Positions 13,452-24,859 of a DNA stretch of 64,000 bases are shown one piece after another. Made by a program: the position numbers and the translations under genes. The notes below the pieces were generated by a model, which made no database searches, was not told where the DNA came from, and saw nothing but the letters and a program-made list of their open reading frames with translations. The first letter of the stretch is position 1, and every line of letters begins with the position of its first letter. The stretch is from Pristiophorus japonicus (Eukaryota): contig NC_091984.1 in NCBI RefSeq assembly GCF_044704955.1, positions 177,878,001 to 177,942,000 on the forward strand, in the 5' to 3' direction.

Positions 13452-13796
13452 ATTTAAACGCGCAAGTTACGGTAAACCAGCCGCTTTCGATGTCAACCTC
13501 TCCAGGAAAGGACGTACAAATAAATTGTACCGTGTCTAGTGCCAGTTTAGGAAGCAATACTGTCTACTGGTATCAACAGATTCCGGGGGAAATTCCCCGA
13601 CTTCTGGTCTACTATTGGTCCGGCAGCAATATCAACAGAGGCCAGGGTATTTCAGAACGGTTCTCCGGCTCCGTATCAGGCAACACGGGAACGTTTGCAA
13701 TGTCTAATGTACAATCAGAAGACGCTGCGGACTATTACTGTGCTGTGTGGTCTAGCGGTTTAATTTTCGGTAAAGGAACGAGACTGAGTGTGGGCA
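13452..13796 (+). CDS. IGL: Germline-joined V-J exon of a lambda (type II) Ig light chain
   Basis: Translation (Y)LNA-QVTVNQPLSMSTSPGKDVQINCTVSSASLGSNTVYWYQQ...RFSGSVSG...SEDAADYYCAVWSSGLIFGKGTRLSVG. Has both V-domain cysteines, WYQQ, DxAxYYC and the J motif FGxG in one frame with no RSS between V and J; GTAAGT donor at 13797. Confidence 0.96.
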
Positions 13797-14104
13797 GTAA
13801 GTAAAATCCGTTCATTTGTACAGTTCTGTGTTTTGTTTAGCTTGGAACAAAATAATTAGTTGAGTAATGTATTATTTGTCTCAATTCAAGTGTTTTTAAA
13901 AGTGAAATTTTCGTAATAATGTGTTTTTATTGATCGAGTCTCGCTTGGCACCTCAGTTGGAAGAAACACTAACTAAATGGGCGAATAATTGTCCAGTGTC
14001 ATAAGGTTTTCGCCTGTTATTACGAGAGATTGTATCCCCACTTGGTGCTGAATTAACTTACCTCCAACCAGGATAAGAATTGGACTCCATATGGCAAAGT
14101 GATG

Positions 14105-14850
14105 GCTGGGGAAGTGTCGCTGTACAGAAGGACCTGGGTGTCCTTGTACACCAGTCATTGAAAGCAAACATGCAGGTGCAGCAAGCAGTCAGGAAGGCAA
14201 ATGGTATGTTGGCCTTCATTGCAAGAGGATTTGAGTACATGAGCAAGGATGTCTTATTACAGTTATACAGGACCTTGGTAAGACCGCACCTGGAATATTG
14301 TGTGCAGTTTTGGCCTCCTTACCTAAGAAAGGATATACTTGCCGTAGAGGGAGAGCAGCGAAGGTTCACCAGACTGATTCCTGTGATGGCAGGACTGTCG
14401 TATGAGGAGAGATTGGGTGGACTAGGTCTGTATTCATTAGAGTTTAGAACACTGAGGGGGAATCTTATTGAAATGTATAAAATTCTGACTGGGTTAGATA
14501 GACTGGAAGCGAGGAGGATGTACCCCCTGGCTGGGAAGTCTAGAACAAGGGTTCACAGTCTCAGGATACGGAATAGAAAATTTAGGACCGAGATTAGAAG
14601 AAATGTTTTCACTCAGAGAGTGGTAAACTTGTGGGATTCTCTACCACAGAAGGCTGTGGAGGCCAAGTCACTGAATACGTTTAAGAGGGAGATAGATTTC
14701 TAGAAACAGAAGGCATCAATGGGTATGGGGGGAAATTGGGAATATGATAATGAGCTAAAGGATCAGGCATGATCATATTGAATGGCGGTGCAGACTCGAG
14801 AGCCGAATGGCCTACTACTGCTCCTATTTTCTATGTTTTTGTGTTTCATG
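14105..14850 (+). mobile_element. CR1 LINE 3' end inside the J-C intron
   Basis: ORF 14080-14703 KDLGV..LYRTLVRPHLEYCVQFW..FTQRVVNLW; tail ttctatgttt. Confidence 0.95.
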
Positions 14851-15213
14851 CTTGATCGAATCCCAATGATTCTGTTGTAAGTTGCGTTGACCGCATCTCA
14901 GGTGACAGATTCGAGCCACGGTATGATGTCCCGTCACAAATATTACTAACAGTCGTTATCTACAGTCGCACGAGAAGTGCTTTTTAATCTTTCCTATATT
15001 TGCTTGCATATTTCTCTTCGCACTTCCTGATCACTATTGGGCGGCTAGATTTTAAAACGCCGAGATATTTGATCTGTATTACATTGCCTGTACACATAGG
15101 ACATTGATGTTCCTATATTCATAAAATACATCAGTGATAGGTCGGTCTCTCCTCTTGATAACTTAACAGCTGAACCATGTGAACGCATCACTATAAGATA
15201 TACGAGGGTCAGT

Positions 15214-15395
15214 GGCGTATATATTGACACTGTGCGATAGTGTGAAACAGGTGAGAGCGAATCGACAGCACCTTTTACATCTCTCCTGAGCTTTGTTTAA
15301 ATTGAATTCAATGGAAATAAAAATGCAGATTTGAAACGGGCTTGCGATTCACTGCCATCCATTTTACACTATCGCACGAAGTCAAGATTTATCCC
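15214..15395. mobile_element. ~180-bp MITE in the J-C intron
   Basis: Long imperfect TIRs: ttgacactgtgcgatagtgtgaaa (from 15224) and ttttacactatcgcacgaagtcaa (to 15385). Confidence 0.7.
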
Positions 15396-15600
15396 AGTAT
15401 CTTTAAACCACCTTATTCACTGGAGCATTTCAGCTGAAAAATAATTGAAGTGCTCATAGTATGAACGTAATTTTCTGACATATGTATATTGCAAAGGGGT
15501 CTATTGATGCAATACGAAATATATGATTTTGAACTAATATTATGCTTCAGCCGAAGCAATTCCCCAACAATACTAAACCGTGATCGTTTTTGTTAAACAA

Positions 15601-15923
15601 ATCCGCGGGCCCTCGCGGTGACCGTCCTTCCGCCTTCATCGGATCAAATCGCAGCGAAGAACACGGCGACACTGGTATGCTTGGTAAACGGCTTTATCCC
15701 GGGCGCTGTGGAGATTGAGTGGACTGTCGATGACATTGTGAAAGGGAATGGTGTTGAGACCAGTCGGCTCCAGCAGGAGACGGGCAACACGTTCAGTGTG
15801 AGCAGTTATCTGACTCTGCCAGCCTCAGAGTGGAACTCACACGAGCATTACTCCTGTGTGGTTAAACACGAGACTCAGGCAACCCCGCTTCGATCAAACA
15901 TCGCCAGATCCAGTTGTATCTGA
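15601..15923 (+). CDS. IGLC: Ig lambda (type II) constant exon; canonical splice acceptor mutated (AA at 15599-15600), so possibly a pseudogene
   Basis: (N)PRALAVTVLPPSSDQIAAKNTATLVCLVNGFIPGAVEIEWTVD...FSVSSYLTLPASEWNSHEHYSCVVKHETQATPLRSNIARSSCI*: C1-set domain closely resembling shark lambda/type II C, with penultimate Cys for the heavy-chain bond. Confidence 0.95.
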
Positions 15924-16218
15924 TTCGGAAACTGTGCTTACCCGAGCTCAGAAAGTTCCTTTATCTCCATTCATTTCTTTCATGTGTCAAAAAAGTTAGA
16001 ACTTTATTGTATATCGGAGGTTTTAGAAAAATACCCTTCGTCGTTTAAGATTTGTTAATTTTAAATACTCTACGATTTAAAGATTTTCCTTGTTAATTGA
16101 AAGCTCAGTGTTAATTAATCCAGGTTATATGCATCCAGTAACGTGAATTAAAAGGCAACAATATGATTATTGCATCTAAGAATTTTCTTAATGCTAATCT
16201 ATTCATATACATCTGTTG

Positions 16219-16224
16219 AATAAA
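16219..16224 (+). terminator. Polyadenylation signal of the IgL gene
   Basis: AATAAA ~300 bp after the C stop codon, followed by T-rich downstream sequence. Confidence 0.7.
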
Positions 16225-16309
16225 ATGATTGATTCAATCTCCAATGCAATACGGTTTTTCATGTTTTTTTTTTATTTTCGATCCAAAGTAAGACAAATCT
16301 ATAATGTGT

Positions 16310-17770
16310 CGGATCTTTGAAATAGCTGTCCATTTAGTCCCACTGTTCTGCTCTTCCCCATCCGCCGGCAAATTTTCCCTTGGAGTACTTATCTATTACA
16401 CTTTTACAAGTTATTATTGAAGCTGCTTTCAGCACCCTGGCAGGTGGTGCATTTTATAGCATAACAGATCGCTGTGTAATCTGTTTCCTAATGTCGCTTC
16501 TGGTACTTTTGGAAATTATCTTAAATCAGTGTAATCTCGTTACCGAGGCTGCTGCCACGGTTAAAAGTTTACTCTATAAAAACCTTCATGATTCTGAACA
16601 CTTCTAACAAATCTCCCCAAATCTGATCGAAAGAAAACAACCCCGATGTCTCTAGTCTATCTACTAAACGAAAATATTTCAACTCTGGTATCATTCTGGC
16701 AAATCTCCTCTGTACTCTCTCTAAGGCCTTGCCATCTTTCTTAAAGTGTGGTGCCAAGACTTGGATACAATATTCCAGCTGGGGCCTGACCATTGTTTTA
16801 TAAAGGTTTAGAATATAAAGTCCTTGCTTTTCAACTTTCTGGATCAATTTCAAAGCCAAGGATTCCGTATGCCTTTTTAACAATCTTCTGAACCTGTCCT
16901 TCCACCTTCAAAGACTTATAAACCTACAGCCCCAGGTCTCTCTTTCCTGCTTCCCCTTTGAAACTATACCATTTAGTTAACATTGCCTCCTGAAGTCTGT
17001 CACTATTCTCCTCACAGTTTACTACATTTCCGAGTTTCGTTTCAGCTGCAAACTTTGAAATTATGCCATGCATATGCAACTCTTGTAATTAATATATTTC
17101 AAGACGAGCAGTGATCCCAACAACGAGCCCTGGGGACACCACTTCGCACTTCCTTCCTCTCTAGAAAAACCGCTGTTCAGCACCACACTCTGCTGTTTGT
17201 CCCTTAGCTAATTTCGTATCCACGGAGCCACTGCTTCTTTAATCCCGTGGACTGCAATGTTTCCTGCCAAACTATTATGTGGCACTTTATAAATCGCCTT
17301 TTGGAAATCTATACACACAACATCAGCCACACTGCCGTCATCAACACTCACCGTTACTTCATCAACAAGTTCAATGAAATTATTCGATTAGCCTTGAACA
17401 AATCTGTACTAGCTCTCATTTATTAATCCAAGTTTTTCTAAGTGTCAATAGATTTTGTTTCGGTTATTGTCTCGAAAAGTTGTTTGATCCATTCACCTTT
17501 TTTGAATAGATGTATAATATTTGCAATGCTCCAGATCTCTGGCGCCGCTCCTATATTTAAGGCGGATTGCAAGATTGCAGACAGAGACTCCAACATTTCC
17601 AAACTTACTTTCCTCAGCAAATCACGGTGCATTCCATCTGTACCGGGTTACTTTTCTACTTTAAGCACTGCCAACCTTTTAAGTACCCCAACTTTATTTA
17701 TTTTTTATTCTATACAATTTCTCTACTACCTCTGCCTTTACTGTGATTGTGCCAGCATACATATTTTGTG
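16310..17770 (-). mobile_element. Old CR1 LINE fragments
   Basis: LYKTMVRPQLEYCIQV..ALERVQRRF; WSIANIIHLFKKG. Confidence 0.85.
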
Positions 17771-18690
17771 GTGGTAGCTGAAGACGATGGCTTTGGTCTT
17801 CCCAATATTTAATTGGATGAAATTGTTGCTCAGTCAGGACTTGATTGAAACACGCACTCTAACAATATAGACCCACTACAGGGGGTCGAGAGAGCTGCTG
17901 TAAAAGTAGAGCTGCGTGTTACAAGCATATACGTGGAACCTGAAACCATGCCTCAGATAATGACACCAAGGGGCAGCAGGCAGACGATGAACTGATCCTT
18001 GCTGGAATCCAGAATTAACAGTGTGGATGGGAAAATAATCCATTCCTGGAGGTGTTCTGGCTTTGATTGTGTAGGTAACTGTATAACTAAGGAAGGAAAG
18101 GGCATTGGAAGAGGTTGGCGTGGTAAACCATGCCAAAGGTTGCGGAGAGTTCGAGAAGGAGGAGGAACAATTCTGAGCCATGGCCGCAGTCACAGAGTAT
18201 GTCATTTTTAACTCAGATTTTGGCTATTATAGTGTTGTGGCAGTGATGGAACCCCAATTGTAGAGTTTCAAACACGGAGCTGCGGAAACATGGCTTTGGG
18301 AGGCACTAAGACACTCAATGATTTTGAAGTGGAACCGGAGGTTGTAGATGGTGTGGTACTTTACAAGGGCAGTGGGGCCGTGTGTTTTTCGAGGACAGAA
18401 GAGATGATAGCAGTTTTCAAAGAAAGTGGTCAGTGTTTGAGCAAAGGTAACTGTTTACAATGTTAGCTGGCCAAGAATGGAAGCGGGGTGGCCAGCATTA
18501 TAGCGAGAACGTGTTAAGGAATAACATGTGGTTCCCCTGGATAAGATAAACTTTGAACGGGGAATAGGAGCAGAACTAGAGAAATGTACAGAGGTGGGAC
18601 AGAGAGGAAGGGGGAAACACAGATGCAACTGAGTGGATAGTCTAAATCTTCGTCACAGAGAAATCCATGAGCTCCTCACACTAGCTAAAG
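17770..18690 (-). mobile_element. L2-clade LINE fragment
   Basis: HGFRFHVYA..TQLY (RT YADD region) and gtcttcccaatatttaattgg. Confidence 0.7.
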
Positions 18691-18694
18691 GCTA

Positions 18695-19770
18695 GTAAAT
18701 ACGGATTTATGAAAGGGAAATCTTGTTTAACAAATCTGTTAGAGTTTTTTTTAGATTGAAGCTAACCGGGTAGATAAGAATTTGTATTTGGATTTTGAAA
18801 AGTATTTGCTAAGCTGCCACACAATAGTTTATAACAGAAAATTATGGTTCATGCGATTCGGGGTAATATATTCACATGGATTGAGGATTTGTTAACGGAC
18901 ATAAAGTTGGAATAAACGGCTAATTTTCGTGTTGGCAGGCAATAACTAATGTGGCATCGCAAGGATGAGTGCTTGGTCCTCAGCTTTTTACAGTCTATAT
19001 CAATTACTTAAATGAGCCAACCGAACGTATTCTATCCAAGTGTGCTGACGATACAAAGCTAAGTGAGGTTGTGAGGAGAATGTAAAGAGGCTGCAAATGG
19101 ATATAGACAGGTTAAGTGAATGGACAAGAACATGGCAGGTGGATTATAATGTGGATAAATGTGAAGTTATCCACTTTGTTAGGAAAAATAGAAAAGCAGA
19201 GTCTTTTTTAAACGGTACGAGATTGGGTAACGTTGGCATTCGGAGGGACCTGAATGAGAGAATGTTTTCATGCAGGTACAGCAAGCAATTAGGAAAGCAT
19301 GTGGTATGTTAGCTTTTATTGCAAAAGGATTGGAATATCAGAGATAAAAAGTCATACATAAACTATATAGCGCCTTGGAGCTACCACACCTGGATTATTT
19401 GCACAGTTTTAGTCTCCTTACCTTAGGGAGCGGTCGGAAGATTGCAACGAAGGCTCACTAGACTTGAGACTAGACCCAGGGATCATAGTCTCAGAATAAG
19501 GGATCGGCCATTTATGACTGAGCTGGGGAGAAATTTATTCTCTCGAAGATGTGTGAATCTTTGGAATTCTGCACACCAGAAGGATATGGATGCTCAATCA
19601 TTGAATGTGTTCATGACAGGAACGGTAGAAATTTGGATACTAATGGAAGCAAGGTATATTTGATAATGCAGGAAGTTAGTTTTGACGCACAAGATCAGCC
19701 ATGGTCATATTGAATGGTGGAATAGACTCAAAAGACCCAATGACCTACTATTATTTCTTATGTTCTTTAG
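18695..19770 (+). mobile_element. CR1 LINE fragment with 3' end
   Basis: DIDRLSEW..YNVDKCEVIHF; HSLRIRDRPF; tail atttcttatgtt. Confidence 0.88.
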
Positions 19771-20039
19771 TAAAAGGAATATGTTTATTTAAAATAATTT
19801 AAACTAATTTACAGAATCCTGTCCAAATTATAAGTGTATTTTCAGGGAATACACGCCAACCCAAGTCGCATAATGAACTTTTCCTAGGCTCATTCTCATG
19901 CAATTGCAACATGTATGATTATTCCTTCAGTTGATCCGGGATATTAGAGATATTTTGATGTTATTTTCTCGCCAAATGAAAAGCATCCCAAATCAGAACA
20001 CGTTTTACAAAACAAGCCTTTCCTTGCTCCCCTCACAGG

Positions 20040-21432
20040 TACTCTACAACGCTCCTCCCTCAAATCCATACACCAATCCTTCAGCACCCATTGACCTTCC
20101 AACTCTCCGACCGCCATCCCAGGCTTGACTCACTCTTAGAAAAGGCTACTGCTTCCATCTGTGACTCACTTGGCATCCTCCAAAGAGTGCATCATGGCAA
20201 TCGTATTTATGTCCGAACAAGTAGCATAACAAATTTCCCCATCCTACTCTCCCACCAATCTTCCCACCCAGTACGCCCACTGGGGAATAATCTTACCAAT
20301 CTCTTATCCTCCACGCTCACCGCTCCCAGCGCTGCGCCCGTGGATTCTGACAATGAACCATTTCTGCATCTCCCTCTAGAATATCCGTTCACTTGTGTGC
20401 ATTTCCCTTCCTATCCATGAGTTTATTCCGGATGATTGCATCAACATCGTGTCCTAGACAGAAACATGGTTGACAGGTGAGAAGACCTTCCCACTTAATG
20501 AGGGCTCCATTTTAACACCCCATCTCCAACCTGCCATTCCTCACCAAAGTCATTGAACAAGTTTTTACCTTCAAAACCATGCCCATCTTACCTGCAACTT
20601 CATGTTTGAATCTCCATTCAGGTTTCCGCCCCTACCGCAGTCCTGAAGCGGTCTTCACAAATGACACAATTGATGCCCTATGTGAATGTGACAGTATTGA
20701 ATAATCCCGCCTCATCTTTCTCGATATGTCTGCAGCCTTTAACAGAGCTAACCACCCCATCCTTCTCCAACGCCTCTCCTCCATCGGGCTTTGTGCAATT
20801 CCAACCTTGCCTCAGTTCATCTGTTGCTGAAACTATTACCCATGCCTTTTTTTACTTCTAGATTTAACTAATCTAATGTTCTATGAGCTACTTCCCAAAT
20901 TCGACCCTCCATCAACTTGAACTCAGCTAAAACTCTGCTCTCCTTACCCTAACTCGCATCACGTTCTGTTCAGCCATCTGACCTTTACTTCCTGAACTAC
21001 ATTGGCTCCCTGTCTGGCAATGCCGTTATTAAAAATCCTTATTGTGTTTTCAAATCTCTCCTGGCCTTGCCCCTCTCTATCGCTGTCACTTCTGCCTGCC
21101 CTACAAACATCTGAGATCTCTGCACTGCTCCAATTCTAGCCTCTTGTTCGTTCCTAATTTTCATCGCTCCACAATTGGCGGCAGTGCCTTCAGCTGCGTG
21201 GGCCCTAGGCTGTGGAATTCCCTCCCTAAGCTTCTCCACCTCTCCATCTCCCTCTTTCTTACTTTAAGACGCTCCTTCAAACCATGCTCCTGTTTCAAGC
21301 GTTTGGTCACCTGTCCTGGTATCTTGTTTTGTGGCTCGGTGTCAAATTTTGTTTGATAACGCACCTGTGGAGTATCTTCGGTCATTTTACTACGTTAAAG
21401 GCGCTATATACATAAACGTTGCTGTTGTTTTT
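20040..21432 (+). mobile_element. L2-clade LINE fragments with 3' tail
   Basis: GGSAFSCVGPRLWNSLP; tail ttttactacgttaaaggcgctatata..gttgctgttg. Confidence 0.8.
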
Positions 21433-22566
21433 GTTGATGGAACAAAACTAAAGTGCATTGACAACGAAAGAGATCATGTGGTGCTAACTAACTTTAAGCT
21501 GAAGATATCGCAACAATCCTCGCTGGCAGTGAGTAAAGTATATAAGACGTTGGGGGATATTAAGAGGTCAATATTGAGCTGAAATAGTAAGGTGATCCTG
21601 TCACTTTATAAATCATTGGTACAACAGCCCTTAGAAAACTGTACAGTTCTACTAGCCACAGAACTAAAAGGATATAGTAGCTATTGAAAGGAAAAAAGTG
21701 AGAGAAAACTTTATGATTGAAGCAGTGGAGGAATGGATTTTGAGGAGTAGTTACGTAAATTGGGCATGTTCCCATTGGAAATAATGCAAATGCGATAGAT
21801 TTGTTTCCGAAAATAACATTTTGAGATGTAGTATAGGAGCAATTTGAGACGTGACATGCGGTATGTCTAGGAACCTGCGGGGAACTGATAACTTTGGATA
21901 TATAGTTTGCAAAGACCTTCACCATTGGAGATTTCCTTGCATCGTCTTCCTGTCTGTTATAGACTAATTGATAGAGATCGATTGCTCTAATTAGTCAACA
22001 GTTCCATTATCATTGATGATGCGACTACGAGGATGATAGATGATGACATTTATGGAGCACGTTTATTATCTTGCGGCAACCCCTATGTTCCTGAGGATAA
22101 ATTAATAAATAAATTATGATTAGAACAGGTAATGGAAAAATATTCGAAATAGAAATGATTAAAAACGAATGAGCAACAAAAAAGGCAGATTCTAAAACGG
22201 AATGCAGTGGATCGCGGTAACCAGCAGGGCATGCCTTCGATGTCTGACGCCAAAAAGAAAAAACATGATTAATGATGGAAACGTTGGAAACAAAAACATG
22301 AACGTACATGAAAGCAAATGCGTGAAAAATTAGGAACTGATGTGAGCTATAGAACGCAAAACAAAACCCAGAGAAACTGGCAACTGACACACGGAAAAGA
22401 GAAGGTTCGACAGATTTAAAATGAAAACACGGAAAACAGAAGATTGTAAGTATTTTGAAAGAACAGATCATAATTGTGGAAAAGTAAGCAGACCGTCCAA
22501 AGAAAATTGAAGAATCCGATTTTGGAAAGTGGAAAATGTGCATGGTATGTTACGTTATATCCTGTT

Positions 22567-23860
22567 TCAACAATAACAACATCAATAAATTGCATGTATA
22601 GAGCACCTTTACGGTATTAAAACTTGCCAGAGCGCTTCACAGGAGTGTTATCAATCATAAATTTGACATTGAATCACATAAAGAGATAATAGGGCAGGTG
22701 AATGAGGTAGGTTTTAAGGTGCATCTTGAAAGAAACGCCAGAGGTAGAGAAGCGGAACGGTTGAAGGACTGAATCCTAGAACTGAGGATGCACAAAAGGC
22801 CTCAATTTGGGAAGCGCATAGATCGCGGAGAGTTGTAGAGTTGCCGAAGGTTACAGAGATAAGGAGCAGTAAACGATGCAACTGTTTGAAAACACGGATA
22901 AGAATTTTCAAATCGAGACTTTGACAATATAAGTCAGCAAGCATAGGGGAGAGGGGAGAACAGGACTTGGTACGAGATAAGATCTGGCAGCAGCGTTTTG
23001 GACGAGCCAAAGTGTATGGAGAGTGGAAGATAAATGGCATTGAAATAGTCAAGACAAGAGGTAGCAAAGGCATGGATGAAGTGGCCAGAAGCGGATGAGG
23101 TGAGGCAGGGGAGGAGATGTGCAATCATGTCAAAGGCTCTAGACATGTGGAGAAAGATGAGGAGGACAAGTTTACCAGAGTCACAGTCACATAGGATGTC
23201 ATTTGTGATTTTGACATTCGCCGTTTCAGGCAGGATTGTTAACCTAATTGTAAGGATACAAACAGGAAGTTGTGGGAAAGATTGGACCGAAATTGGGAGG
23301 CAAAAACATATTCAATGATTCTGGAGAGGAAAGGGAGTTTGGAGATGGGGCGTCAGTTTACAAGAACAGTGGGGTCAACTGTGGATTTTTTGGCGAGAGT
23401 GGTGATGATAGCAGAATTAATTTAGAGGGGCACAGTACCACAAGAGAGGGAACTGTAAACAATATCAGCTATCATGGGAAGATGGGTGATCAACAGTTTG
23501 GTGGAAAGACGGTCTAGGGAGCAGGAGAAGGGTCTTGTGGACAATATGATCTCCGAGAGGGCATATGGAGAGATAAGAGAGAAACTCCAGAAAAATGCGA
23601 GTTCCGGGCTAGGGCGCGGGTGGAGGGGGGATTGGGGTCGCTGGCTTTGGGACTAAGGGAAGGAAGGGATGGTGGCGGGGATGTTAGCGGAAGATTGGCT
23701 TTGCGGGATGGGGAAGGAAGAGACATCTGAAGGAATGGCCTCAATCTTAGTGACAAATAAGTCCATGAGCACCTCGCACTTGTTGCTGCAGGTGAGAGTG
23801 GAGGAGGCAGGGGTGAGAGGTTTCATAACTCACTTGGTAGTGGAAATGAGATGGTGGAGG
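22567..23860 (-). mobile_element. L2-clade LINE fragment (paralogue of 1203-2520)
   Basis: FIHAFATSCLDYFNA; same position within the duplicated block. Confidence 0.8.
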
Positions 23861-24859
23861 TAATGGTGGATCCCGGACGCCAAAATGCCTGGTGGACAAG
23901 TAATAAGCATTAGAGCTGAGTGAAAGATTGGACACGATTCCATCATAGCTGTTTGTGAATTTTAATTCCGTTTTAAAAATCTGTTAAGAAAAAATAATAA
24001 AAGTGACCATGAAACTATTGTATTGTTGTAAAAACGAAACCCATGTCACTAATATATTTTAATGAAGGGAACGTACAGCTTTTACCGGTTCTCGCCTGTA
24101 TGTGACTCTAGTCCCACATGTAAAGATTTTGTTTTTCTTATTGTGCTTGAAAGGTAAGAGACTGACTCTAGAATAGTTAAACAGCTCAATATAATTTATT
24201 GACAATAAAACACAGCAGATTTCCAGATAAAGATGCCACACAACGCTATGTGGGAAATGCAGGTCAGAAGCAAGCATGATGAAATCCTTCTTCTCGGAGA
24301 TTGAAGTGTTCCATTATTTGTTCATGATTCTGATTTAAAAGCTGCATGTGATCTCCTGAAAATTAATATAAGTCTGTCTGTTTTCATATATCCTTTGCCT
24401 TTTGTTGGTTACTGGCAGAATAATTTGTCGTTTTTTCTCACAGTTCAGTAGAAATCTGTCTTATCTTTCAGCTTGTTTATCTCTGATTGTCAGCAAGAAT
24501 GAGTCAGTCAGCGACCTTGCTACAGACAGACCTTCTCAAGACAGCTTGGAGTAATTACAAATCTAGGAAGGTCTCTGATTTCGGCCAAATTCCGATAATC
24601 CTATGCACCATTGGCGTTTCGTTACAATTCATCGATTCCTCGGTAGTTTATCGATTCGAATTGAATCTATCTGAAATTTTGTTTCAATTGCACTGGCTGC
24701 ATCTGAGTTATTCTTCTTTTGCTGTTCCCACCTTTAACCAGGTCATGGGAAGTTTAATTGAGCCCTGCAGCGCTAGTTTTATCGGAATGACGAGGCATCC
24801 TAAAGGTCGAAAAGGGCATCTGTGATGCGCACGCATACTTCCGTCGAGTGATACGCTGG

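Noticed and set aside
13586-13598. NF-kB-like near-palindrome GGGGAAATTCCCC
   Set aside because: Lies inside FR2 coding sequence (G-E-I-P) and is explained by codons; no supporting context.
13265-15923. Processed pseudogene or somatic B-cell rearrangement as the explanation for V-J fusion
   Set aside because: Both introns and the promoter are present, excluding retroposition. Germline joining is the known state of shark lambda genes, though a somatic origin cannot be formally excluded without reads.
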